DNA of 64,000 bases. It comes from Macrostomum lignano. Taxonomy: Eukaryota. Below the pieces are notes generated by a model that saw only the letters and a program-made list of their open reading frames with translations, had not been told where the DNA came from and ran no database searches. Within the stretch, counting starts at the first letter, position 1. The number at the start of each line of letters is the position of its first letter. Shown here one piece after another: positions 11,111 through 22,176 of the stretch. Location: the NCBI GenBank assembly GCA_002269645.1, contig NIVC01002950.1:1-64000 (forward strand), given 5' to 3'. The position numbers and the translations under genes were made by a program.

Positions 11111-11908
11111 ATGGGACATATCAACGGAATCTCAGTCTTCGTGTGCGCAATCGTCTTCGGGCTCAGAGAAACTGTGTTAGCAAGCTGTCCAAGGTCCTCA
11201 TTGCCACTAGTGCTGACATCCGGGCCGTCGCCTTGGTGTGTCAGCAATCGCGGCAGCACTAGGAGCTTCTGCTCGGCGGTCGCAACATGTCACGCAGCTA
11301 AGCTAGAAATTATCGGCCGCGAGGTGTACTCTGCCATCAAGTCGGGCGTCGCAAGCGCTCCAGGTGTTTTGCCTAGCCACTACTGGGTCGGTCTGACGGA
11401 CTCGCTAAACGAGCGGGGCACCAATTTCGACGGCTGGGTTTGGATTCGAGACGGGCAGAAAACCGGCTCGGGAAGCAGTCTGTTCTCCGTCGGGGAGCCG
11501 AGCGGTGGAGCCAATGAAAATTGCGCGTTGGCCTCGCCAACTGGTCTGAAAGACGTCAGCTGCAGGTCCACGACCGCCTCGCTTACACCGGCTGTGTTCT
11601 GCTACAGCAACATCAACGGGTCCGACGTTCTAGCAGCTGTTACCAACAGCGTCAGCCAGTTTGAGAGGGTAGAAATTGCGAGTTACACTCAGATGGATCC
11701 CGGCTGCTGGACTGACGCTTCACCGATCGGCCGGATGGCCTGTTCGTCCAGTTGCGCCAGGCTAGGAACGGACTGCATCGGATTCTACTGGCATTCAGTC
11801 AGACTTAGCTGCATTCTGCTGACTTACTTTGACTCCAACGTGTCGCTTAACTTTACAGACAGCGCCGACAAACTGAAATGGGAGAAATTTCTTAAAAAGA
11901 AATTCTGA
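11111..11908 (+). CDS. Secreted C-type lectin domain + C-terminal PAN/apple-like domain protein (paralog 1, single coding exon)
   Basis: Hydrophobic leader after ATG 11111. CTLD motifs FCSAVATC, YWVGLTD, GWVW, GEPSGGANENC, DVSC...FC; Cys-rich C-terminus GCW..C...C..DCIGFYW....CILL. AATAAA follows the stop. Confidence 0.85.
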   Translation: MGHINGISVFVCAIVFGLRETVLASCPRSSLPLVLTSGPSPWCVSNRGSTRSFCSAVATCHAAKLEIIGREVYSAIKSGVASAPGVLPSHYWVGLTDSLNERGTNFDGWVWIRDGQKTGSGSSLFSVGEPSGGANENCALASPTGLKDVSCRSTTASLTPAVFCYSNINGSDVLAAVTNSVSQFERVEIASYTQMDPGCWTDASPIGRMACSSSCARLGTDCIGFYWHSVRLSCILLTYFDSNVSLNFTDSADKLKWEKFLKKKF

Positions 11909-13229
11909 ACGAAATAAAAAAGAACATAATGGTGAATAAATTTCTATTTAAAAGTACGTCTCGTATACTGTTTATTAAGACTATTTATCTACGCTCGTAT
12001 TGGCTATTGTCTCGTTATAATGAACTGGATTAGCGGTATTGTTTATAACTTTTATTAATGTAATCGCATGCATGGATGAATCTTTATATATTTTATATTG
12101 TATAATGCAACTATAGTTAGAAGTTTATCGAGCCGCTTACAGTTAAAAGTATGCATATTGCGACAATTATAATCCTACTTAACATATTAACTTTTCTTTT
12201 TCAAAGACAAATTCGAGTTTTCACGCAAGTACAAAAGTACACCGATCCGAGGTTCACTTAGCAAAAGTACATTTTAGACCTTTAAACTACTCATATCTTA
12301 GGAATGCACAACTGTCATTTTTACCGTAATACGAAGACAGCACTGAATAATATTTTTGAACTCAGAGTGAGCAGAACTTATAATCTGAGCTTAATATAGC
12401 TTAGGTAGTATAGCTAGCTAGTTATGCATATTTTTCTTTAAACGACTTTCCGGCAGCTTTTGCCAAATTTTCCAAAGTTTGTCAAAACTTGAAATTGTAC
12501 ACAGGTCGAAACTGCCGCTTTTGCTAGACCGTCTGCTTCTCTGTGATGTCTGTGAAGAAAACTTTTCGACTCCTCATTCATCGAACCTCATTAGTTACTT
12601 ACAAGGTAAGTAATCTAGGCGATCATTCAGCTTCATGAGTGAGGAAAATAGACAGCTTTGTCTGCATTTTACAAACAGCTGCCGCTCTTATGTACACAAT
12701 TGCCGAACCAGAATAATGTTGTATTCGGGTAGTTGAATTTAAACAGTGCCGATCGTTGCCACATGCCCTAGCAATTTACACATCGAGTAAACTGTTTCGG
12801 TTATGTTATTACTCATGAAGGAACCAAAGACTGATACTTTGAGATGCAAAGATACTCTGAACGAAAATCTCTCATTCCGTAAGTGTCAGGTACGGTAAAG
12901 TAAAACTTAGCTTAGCTCGAATACATGATAGTACTAGGTATTAATACCAGCAATACGATGCTACGTTCGCACTCCACTAATGGACCGAGGCTTTATTACA
13001 AACGGAAGACACTTTATTTGCAATTTTTTAGTGAGAAATATTTGCGATCTGCATTAGGCAGCTTCCGGTCCATTAGCTGCTGGTATTTACTCACGATTCC
13101 AAACTGGAATATGCAAACAGTGTAGGGAAAGCGTTCGCCCATGCAGTTCTGAGGCTATATATTGGTAAAGGTATGATTATTCTTTTCTCGAAATCACTAA
13201 TCAGAAGTAGTTACTCTTAATATATAATA

Positions 13230-13596
13230 ATGAAGTCACTGTTTCTTTACCTGCTGCTACAGTTGAATCTTCTGGCCAACGCGAATGTTGACGCGAATCT
13301 CCCAATAAGTGTGCAACTGAATAACGGTTTTAACGTCTCCGCCTATGTGGGCTCATTCACCTTTTGCGAGGCGGTGAAACTGTGCCACGACGAAGGCAAA
13401 GAAATGCTTGGCAGAGAAGCGTATCTGGCTATCGAAAAGGACAAGATGCTCAGAAAAACAAAAAAGCCAAATGGCGGCAATCTCAACTCGCTGTCTTGGT
13501 GGCTTGGACTGGTGGACGCTCTGGCTGAGAGGAATAAACTGAGGAGCGGATGGGTATGGATTGAGGATGGCGAAGTCACCACGGGAAACGAAAATA
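13230..13596 (+). CDS. Secreted C-type lectin + PAN/apple-like protein (paralog 2), exon 1
   Basis: Signal peptide MKSLFLYLLLQLNLLANA; FCEAVKLC, WWLGLVD, GWVW; donor A|GTAAGT at 13597 (phase 1). Confidence 0.88.
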
Positions 13597-13715
13597 GTAA
13601 GTATACACAACGTTGTTTGTTCTTTCGATTAAAACAGCATCAATGCCTTTTTTGAATGATGCTTCTTTGCTTAACCTACATTTACGTAACTCTTTTAAAA
13701 CTTGCGATTGCATAG

Positions 13716-14140
13716 TTTTTGGGCCTGGCGAACCAAACAGTAGAGGAATTGGAGAAGACTGCGTCGCCATGGATGCAAATGCCATCTGGGACCATGGCTG
13801 CGTTGCCCGACACAATGTCCTCTGCTACACCGCCGATAGCTTTAACAGAGTGCGAAACGCCGAGACAACTGTCCGTTTTGTAAGAATGCCGATTCTGAAC
13901 TACGACCAGCCTCAAGCTGGCTGCTGGATGACCATCCCGGAGAAATCAGCTCCGGAAGATTGCACCCTGAAATGCCTGGCCATTCCTCACTCGGACTGCG
14001 TTGGATTCTACTGGAACTCGGCGAGGCGTCAGTGCATCCTGCTGCCGTACTTTGACGCGGCTGTGCAGCTGGACTACACAAGCGATGCAGAGAAGCTTAG
14101 CTGGGAAAAGTTCTATAGGCAAGAGATTCGTCTGCCGTGA
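13716..14140 (+). CDS. Secreted C-type lectin + PAN/apple-like protein (paralog 2), exon 2
   Basis: Acceptor CATAG|TT restores IFGPGEPNSRGIGEDC...WDHGC...C. The C-terminal DCVGFYWNSARRQCILLPYFD...WEKF aligns with paralog 1. Confidence 0.88.
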
Positions 14141-14551
14141 AAAGTGGATAGCTATTAGGAAAACAGCGAAGTCACGGGGTTACGGCAACCTAGATGAACG
14201 ACGAATCTAATTTTTTGATGCACTGCCTTTTTACTGAAGTATGTAACTAAATAGAATTATAGATCAGAGAATTACATATATGACGATTAGTAAGTGCAAT
14301 ATGAAAGAAAAAGAAAACTTAAGTTTCTATAATTTTTAACTCGACTCTTAGATAGAATATAAAAATATAACGTCGATGAAAAACCCCAAAAAGAAGCATT
14401 ACGTGCGGTTACGAGCATCTCTGAATTTCCTATGCGTTAATTTGTGCACTTATTTGTTAACGATTGAACAAATCGCTTTATTTATTTTTTAGGGCCCTCT
14501 GATTTTCCCATAAACGCCCTTAAGCATGGGTATTAATGTACTAATAATGTA

Positions 14552-15168
14552 TAGCTTTTTGCAGCCCATTTGGGCTTACGTATCAGAATTGTGGACCAAA
14601 TGCTGGGCTGTCGAACCATTGGCTTGCGATCAAAGCGCTCGACAGAGGTGAAAACCAAATGACATTGCAAGGCTGCTGGGAATGTAAAAGAAAAGATGGT
14701 TTACAGCATCTATCAGCGCGTTGAAACCACTGGCGGCAGAGATCGCCTGCGAAGGGGTGTCAATCGCCAAAGCAAGTTGTGAGAGCCTCAGGTCCAGCTG
14801 CTACTCGATGCAGTTGAGACGAAGCCTTTGCTTACGTTGCCGAAATGCAGCAGAAGTTAAAAGAAGTTAAAACAAGTTCCAGTTGGTTATCAGATTTTTA
14901 CTATCAGCAGAGCTCTGGAAAAGCGACTGAAAATTGTTGGTAGAGACGCTGACATTCCAGCGGTACGCAACAACCTGCAGACTGTTTCAAGAGGGCAAGA
15001 ATTTGCCGAATGGCTCACGAGCGTTTTGACCAAACTGATGCTTGTTGGACCAAATTAAGTGCCGCTGTGCCAGCCTTGCTACCATAGACAAAAGCTCCAA
15101 ATTACATTGGCAAACCTATTTGGGATTAAATTCAATGCGCATAGGCCCAAATGGGCTGCAAAAAGCTA
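14552..15168 (+). mobile_element. Internally deleted Tc1/mariner (IS630-Tc1-mariner) element 1 with transposase N-terminal remnant
   Basis: ~40-bp TIRs (TAGCTTTTTGCAGCCCATTTGGGC) flanked by TA at 14550-51 and 15169-70. The frameshifted remnant LAIKALDRGENQ/DIARLL/NVKEKMVYSIYQR...LLDAVETKPLLTL/EMQQKL...TISRALEKRL...RNN...QEFAEWL is HTH-type; no DDE domain is present. Confidence 0.8.
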
Positions 15169-15210
15169 TACTATTAACGCCCGCAAAGCATGGGTATTAC
15201 TATTATTGTT

Positions 15211-15369
15211 CCATAGACATTTGTGTCCTTGACAAAGTGGGACAGAGTAATCGGGCGTTAAATGTCAATAATCCATAGAAATAATGACTTTCCGTGACAA
15301 TTTTTTGCGTTCTCCGGGATTTTATTTGGTAATATTCAATAATATCCCGTAAAGTCTTTATGTCTATGG
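15211..15369. mobile_element. Small CCATAGAC...GTCTATGG-bounded MITE-like segment
   Basis: CCATAGACAT at 15211 and ATGTCTATGG ending at 15369 form inverted ends. Confidence 0.4.
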
Positions 15370-15409
15370 TTTTATACGAGATTACACATGCCTTTTTCGG
15401 GAGTTAGTC

Positions 15410-16267
15410 GCCACGTCAGCGCTTATGGTTTAAGCCATTGACAAAAGTTTCTAGCATCGAAATTCAGCTTACTATACCTTTTCAAGCTGGACTTTGGCAA
15501 AAGTGACTTCAATTTTGGCAGCCCATGGAAAAAGCATACGCCTGTCAGCAACATGTCTATGGTCAACTGTGGTAGAATCGGTTAAAGCGTGCATTCAACT
15601 TGGCAAAAGTGAGCGAATTTTGGCAACTCAATAAACTGAACGGAAAACGGTAACAAACGGACTAGGAAACAAGATTTAAGCACAAAGCACGATACTGTCT
15701 GATTGCCTGATTGGCTGATTGCCTGCACCGACACGCCAGATGCGCCTGGAAGTTCGGCTTCCATCTTCTCCTTCATCTCCCTCAACGTTATGGTGGGCTT
15801 CTCTTCAACAAACCGAGTCACAGCATTTAACATTGGTGGTGTAAATTTTGGCCTCACGGCTCCTCCTCGTTGCTTCAGCGCAACGCGATCTTCAGTGACA
15901 GACAGCTGTGGATAATTGTGTCGGCCGTGGTTCTCTTTATGCCGAGGTCCTTCGCCAGTCGTCTCCAGTCTCTTCCTTCTTGGTAGCTGCGCACCAGCCG
16001 TTCTCGATCCTGCAGCGAAATACGCGCGTTCGGCATCTTCTTCGGTTGAGTTGCCAAAATTCGCTCACTTTTGCCAAAGTTGAATGCACGCTTTAACCGA
16101 TTCTACCACATTTGACCATAGACATGTTGCTGGCAGGCGTATGCTTTTTCCATGGGCTGCCAAAATTGAAGTCACTTTTGCCAAAGTCCAGCTTGAAAAG
16201 GTATAGTAAGCTGAATTTCGATGCTAGAAACTTTTGTCTATGGCTTAAACCATAGCGCTGACGTGGC
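15410..16267 (-). mobile_element. Internally deleted Tc1/mariner element 2 with ~222-bp inverted arms (TA-flanked core 15477-16201)
   Basis: 15410-15631 is the near-perfect reverse complement of 16046-16267. The minus-strand remnant MPNARISLQDRERLVRSYQEGRDWRRLAKDLGIKRTTADTII / VTEDRVALKQRGGAVRPKFT...VEEKPTITLREMKEKM...VSVQAIS is a paired-like HTH with one frameshift near 15898. Confidence 0.88.
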
Positions 16268-16331
16268 AGAACAAAAATCGACAGTCTTGCGCGCTCATAT
16301 GCCCAGAAGAGAGTAGGCTATTAAGTATATA

Positions 16332-16472
16332 ATCATGGATGTTTAATGCGCATTCTAGGGTTAGAAAGTCCTCGGCCACACTTAATGGTCCTCGGCTCGC
16401 TTCGCTCGCCTCGAGACCATCAAATGCAGCCTCGGACTTTCTACCATAGAATGCGCATTAAACTACCGTGAT
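16332..16472. repeat. Long imperfect hairpin centred on GCTCGCTTCGCTCGC
   Basis: ~45-bp arms (16332-16376 vs 16429-16472) plus inner ATGGTCCTCGG/CCTCGAGACCAT arms. Confidence 0.75.
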
Positions 16473-16560
16473 CTTATATGAAATCCGAATTGCTTATTTT
16501 TGTAGCTTTCTCTTGAGCCGGGCCGAATGCGGTGCAGCCAGTCGGCAAAGACCCGATTGG

Positions 16561-17362
16561 AACCATAGACAACTTTTCCATAAATTTAAGACAGTACTAG
16601 CTAGACGAAATCCGAATTACTTTCTTTCGTAGCTTTCTCTTGAACCACACCGCGATGGAAGAAGAATTTGATAGCGACAACTTTTTTAATTTTTTCGATC
16701 CAGCCCCTGCTGGAAATGTAGTTCCGCCGCCCCTCGGAAAAGCTAAAACACTGCCGACCAAACCTAGCTCTCGTTTCGGTGAGTTGCTTGATGAGACCGC
16801 TTTGGAGCGCAGAATGCTAGAGAGCTCACCTGAGTCTACACTAGCAAGAGAAAAGTGGGCGATGAATGTGTTCCAGACGTGGAAGGAGAATCGTGTCCAA
16901 CTGCAAATGCAAGGCCGTCTGTCAGGACTCGCGGTGATTAAGCCTGTCGAAGAGCTTACAAAGAATGAGATCAACGAACTGTTGCACTTCTTCGTTTTTG
17001 AGGTGAGGAAGGAGAATGGCGAAAAATATCCGCCGGGAACTCTGAAAAACTTGGTATCGATGATCCAACACTTTTACGTGAGCCTGTCGCTTCTGGAGAT
17101 TCCAGCGCTTCTATTACTGACCACGGTGTCAAGTCTATCATCATTGATGGAGCTAAAATCGAAATTCAGTTTAAGTGAGTTGGTGAAACGTTTATTGCAT
17201 TGCCTATTATTGAAAAAACTAAATATGTTTCCTATATAACCCTACCAATTGTCCATGGCTTGGCTAGAAAATTGTTTTTTTGTTGCTTCGTTATACAGTA
17301 TATAATAACAGTTTTTTTTGTTGCATCCAAGTACACTGTCTAGTTCTGTTTAGTCTATGGTT
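16561..17362 (+). mobile_element. Crypton-type (DUF3504/ZMYM-QRICH1-KCTD1-like tyrosine recombinase) element, catalytic domain missing
   Basis: The ORF from ATG 16655, ...PESTLAREKWAMNVFQTWKENR...LTKNEINELLHFFVFEVRKENGEKYPPGTLKNLVSMIQHFY, matches the Crypton core-binding region. Homology stops at ~17077. The segment is bounded by AACCATAGAC (16561) and GTCTATGGTT (17353-62). Confidence 0.78.
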
Positions 17363-17623
17363 CAAACTGCTTTCATTTAGGGACCATCAAATCATTTGAT
17401 GGTCTCCATTTTGGAGCCCATCAAATTATTTGATGTGCCTGGAATTATAGCACTTTAAACCATAGACTAGGCTTTCCTGGCTCAGAATGAGCCCAATAAA
17501 TGTCAATAAAATAAGTAATCGGATTTTATATAAAAGCTGCCACACTTGTTCACGACTGGATTCGGAATGGAAAATTTAAGATGTTGTTGGGTGTAATACT
17601 ATACTAATACACTTGGAGGGTGA

Positions 17624-17960
17624 GGGGTTTTTAGTCATTATAGTTGCTAGTGTGTCGGACTAATGATCTGAAGGTCGGGAGTTTGATTCCCTATCCTATG
17701 GAACAACTTGTTGTGTTCTTTATAGCATGACAATTTAATTTTACTATGCATTGCTTTACAGTTCACCCTTGCTGTGTAAAATGGGTACCAGCATTATTGT
17801 CTGGGATTGTTGAGGATGTGTGTGCGTGGCGACCGGGTCTATAGCAGACTGAACAACAGCCGCCGCACGGCCCGTACGCAGCCTTCAGGTGCGCCGCGCA
17901 ATAGCTGCGGCTGAGTTGCCAGTTTCACATCATTGGGGCGGCAGGTGTAATCAGTTATAT
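17624..17960 (+). mobile_element. tRNA-derived SINE family 1, longest copy
   Basis: Degenerate tRNA head (GTCGGACTAATGATCTGAAGGTCGGGAGTTTGATTCC), CORE-like GTTCACCC..GCTGTGTAAAATGGGTACC, and a 3' tail TTGGGGCGGCAGGTGTAATCA shared with 24600-24625. Confidence 0.75.
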
Positions 17961-19771
17961 TATATGGCCTGTGTACGCTCGTACTTTCTTGCAGTCGTGT
18001 TTTTTGCGTACATATGCTGGCATTTGGGGAATGTTAAAATCAGAGTGCGTAGTTGTATGTCAATGACTTAAAATCCAGATTTATGTGAGCAGCTATAAGT
18101 CATGGAAAACTTAAGTGAATGACGCTATAAATTCGATGTTCTTAGAAATGAGTTGGAATGTATGCACATGTAAATGTGTACACATTTGTCGTATTGATAA
18201 GGATATAGCTATAGACTTTCAACATTGTTGTGATGAGACATATTGTTGGCAGGTTGGCCCCCCGAGTCTCTTCTAGTTGGAAAGCTACATGTGCCTGGGT
18301 AAAGACTGGTTTCTATCGGCGGATTAGCTTAATCTACGGATTGGCTTATTTTACATTTCATATTCTCCTTTCCAATTATCTCTCGCTGTTTTTTCTTACA
18401 TGTAGCGTAGGACCTACGTAAATGCACATATTATATTTAGATGCGGCCTCCACATGCATGTACATGTATGCACCTTTGATCGACTCGACCAATATCTGAC
18501 AGGATCGTAGGAGGCGAAAGTATTACATGTACATATATCACATGTAAGTGATTAATTTCTTTGCTTTGAGGCCCGATAAAGCCCATATCAAGGGCTTAAG
18601 AAGGCCTAACTCATCAATATTGTTAGTACATTTCGACCGAACACTTATCTGACAGTAGTAGGTTCTAGAACACATCTATGCACCCTACCGTAAAATTTAC
18701 GGGGTTTTAATTTAATTTGCCTAAGACAGATTCGGTCGAGAAAAATCTGCGAATAGATTGAGAAGAAATGAATGATTATTAATAAATATGAAACGAATAG
18801 AAAATATTTAGAATAGTGTCTTACTTTTGACAAGGACTTTTGACCGGCCTATCTAATAATGGAGCTATAAGTATTAATTCCTGTAGTCCAGTACTCTAAT
18901 AGAAAAGAATAGAAAAGTTAGTTAAATTATTTTTAACTATAAAACTAGGCACAGCTATGTATATTATTTAGGTGAAGGTAGTTTAACTAAGCTGGCATCG
19001 TTTCGTTAAAATGCGTACTCTAGACGCACGTTTTTAATATTGGCTAGATTCGTGGAAATATAACAAAGTTTCAAGAAGTGAGAAGCGACAGGACCGTTTT
19101 ACAGGGGTCTGAGTTTATGACACGAAGTTAATTTGATTGATGATGTGATATAACAAGCAATATATATTTCACTTTTTGTAGTCTTTCACTGTTTATAATT
19201 TTATTTACCATTGGCGCTTGATATTTTAGTTTTGATAATTGATAGTGGTGCTGCCGCCTGCCACTGCTGTGATGCTGTGTGTGTGTGCTGTGCATATCAT
19301 ATGTATAAACTAGGCCTAGCAGCCTAGCATAGGCTATTTATAGAAAAAATTTATTTATTTATTTCTAGTTTTATTATTAGTTTCATTATATGAAGTACTA
19401 GGCCTACTTGATAGGCCTAGTAAAACTACAAAGTTGTCTGAATTTATAGGCCTAAATATACCATCCATTATGCCTATTGATGAAAAATCTTTGCAAACTT
19501 TCTTTAGGCCTAGCTGCTTAGGCTTTATAACATAAAATTGTAACTATTTTTGTGCTTTATTTAGTCTCAAATAGGGCCTAGGGGCTAAAAGTAAAATCAT
19601 TTGAACTGAAATAGACTAAAAAATAAGAAGCTAGCCATACTTGGAGCTTGGAAGGGGGCATTGTCTGGGTTTTTTTTTTCGCCAGAGATAAGGTGCGAAA
19701 TCGCACCTTGTGCCAAATTTCAAGGTGCGATTTTAAGGCTCAGAGTGCAATTTCTCTTGAGTCTTGTTTAG

Positions 19772-22176
19772 AATGTGAGGGTTTCACGAGAGATATTCAG
19801 CCAGACATTCAAAACGATCGTCTGTAGCTTTGAACAAAATTGACCCGCTTCAACCATCTTTTTGGCGAATACTTACGCAAGTGTTGGGCGTCGAATAAGC
19901 TTTAATTTATTAACTGATGTAAAAATCCTTCTGACATACATTGATTTAAAAATTGCTTAGCAACACTCTGATTAGAAATCGCTTTACTGTTGACTAAAAT
20001 TGTTTTGATCGTAGCAGCCTAAAAGCAGATACTGGATTTAAAAATGCTTCGATTTACTCTATACGCATGTCTCAGCTTTAAAATGACACCTCAGGCGTTG
20101 CAAAAGACAGCTTTGATGCTGAGATATTCGACATTAAACAATTGCTTTGCGCAAACTCACATTCAGAAATTTCACTGATTTTTATTGATATTTCTGCAGC
20201 TGCCGTGTCCTTGTTTTTCATCAGAAACTTGTCAAATTCTAGTCATGTCCAGTTTAAACCTGGACTTCTCTTAAACTGTCTTAAGTATTTGATTTTTAAT
20301 GATTCCTGCCTTTATATTGCATAGATTGTACCTGAGTCAGTGAGTCTGTGAGTGTACATTTGTACATATGGCGACCAATCATGACTTTTTCACCGCTTTG
20401 CGGTTCAAATAAATATACGAGTGTACGAGAAACATGTTCCAACTGTTATTGAGAGAAATTGACGTCGCGTTTATTAACAGTCAGTGGCAATTAATATGAA
20501 GCAAATAGTTTATTGTTATGTTTTTACATTTTTTGCGTGGCAATTCTGCTATCCAAATTGGAATGAGGTAAGCGGTGGGATCTAATGTACTGCTAAGCTT
20601 TCCAATCCCTACGGACTACCGTAGCAGTTCTTAACTTTTTTTCTGTCTTGACTTCTAGACTCGGAATTCGGAACAACCTAAGGAGCCGCATGAAAATATT
20701 TAATTGGATAAAGATATTTTCTAAAAACAGCTCAAGTTGTGACACATCTTCTTCTTGCCTCAGTCCATCAACTGCTGCTCCTTCTGAGACTGAAGCGATC
20801 GTGAAAGTAAAACAGATCAGTTTAGATCCCATGGCCATGAATACAACCATTTCAATTGTGAACCTGCTTCGCTTACGAGTACGAGCACTAGCCTTCCATT
20901 TGATGCCATTAGCTCACTTAACTCTGAAATAGTTCAAGGACGGTTCCAAATGTTGAGATCTGACGTAGAAGCAGTCCAATTTGCGGAAATTTATCAACTG
21001 GACTCCATGAATCACTCCAATGAAAGGCGGCGAAAGCTGCAGAATGCGTAAACAAGTTTAAGTGAGTCACAAAAACCCCATTTACAGTACACTACATACA
21101 CTTGTACGTTAGCAAGGCTCCATGCGATGGTTAATAAATGGAGAAGAAGACAAGCATCTGAACAAATATTGAATAAAAATCAGTGAAGTTTCCGAATGTG
21201 AGTTTGAGCAAAGCAATGTTTAGTTTCGAATATCTCAGCATCAAAGCTGTCTTTTGCAACGCCTGAGGTGTCATTTTAAAGCTGAGACATGCGTATAGAC
21301 ATGACTAGAATTTGACGAGATTCTGATGAAAAACAAGGACACGGCAACTGCACAAATATCAACAAAAAATCAGTGAAATTTCTGAATGTGAGTTTGCGCA
21401 AAGCAATGCATGTTTAGTGTCAAATATCTCAGCATCAAAGCTGTCTTTTGCAACGCCTGAGGTGTCATTTTAAAGCTGAGACATGCGTATAGAGTAAATC
21501 GAAGCATTTTTAAATCCAGTATCTGCTTTTAGGCTGCTACGATCAAAACAATTTTAGTCAACAGTAAAGCGATTTCTAATCAGAGCTAGTGTTGCTAAGC
21601 AATTTTTAAATCAATGTATGTCAGAAGGATTTTTACATCAGTTAATAAATTAAAGCTTATTCGACGCCCAACACTTGCGTAAGTATTTGCCAAAAAGATG
21701 GTTGAAGCGGGTCAATTTTGTTTAAAGTTACAGACAATTATTTTGAATGTCTGTCTTCGGAATGGGTCTCCCTAAAACACGCCCCGCACCGCCCTGCAGC
21801 GCTACACATTAAAACAAATTGGACTATAACTAAAGACACTTCAGAATGCATTTTCTGTTAAGCTTCAAGTTTTTATTAAATTTAGTTTTTTTTCTTTGAA
21901 ATATAAAATTTGGTGAACAATAAGTGATATTAATAATAATATTAATAAAATAATAATATTATAATTTAATAATGAAAACGAGAATATAAAAAAAATAATA
22001 TTTAAAAAAATAAATAAAGATATTTATTCCATTACTATTTTAACTTTTCCTTGCAATCAAATAGGCCCCCCTACTGCATTGACAAAAAATGTTATAATGT
22101 GTAGCGGTTCGGGGCCCGGTGCGGGGCGTGTTTTAGGGAGCTTCTGTCTGAATATCTCTCGTGAAACCCTCACATT
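19772..22176. repeat. Foldback element with ~480-bp inverted arms
   Basis: 19772-20249 is the reverse complement of 21298-21756 plus 22150-22176. An extra ~135-bp copy of part of the arm lies at 21164-21297. Confidence 0.9.
21757..22142. mobile_element. MITE inserted in the right arm of the foldback element
   Basis: TIR-like CTCCCTAAAACACGCCCCGCACC..GCGCTACACATTA (21768-) vs TAATGTGTAGCG..GGTGCGGGGCGTGTTTTAGGGAG (-22140). TCTGTCT is duplicated at 21750-56 and 22143-49. The interior is AT-rich. Confidence 0.75.

Noticed and set aside
20593-21060. Transposase within the foldback element spacer
   Set aside because: The short ORFs on both strands show no DDE, zinc-finger or HTH motif that I can recognise.
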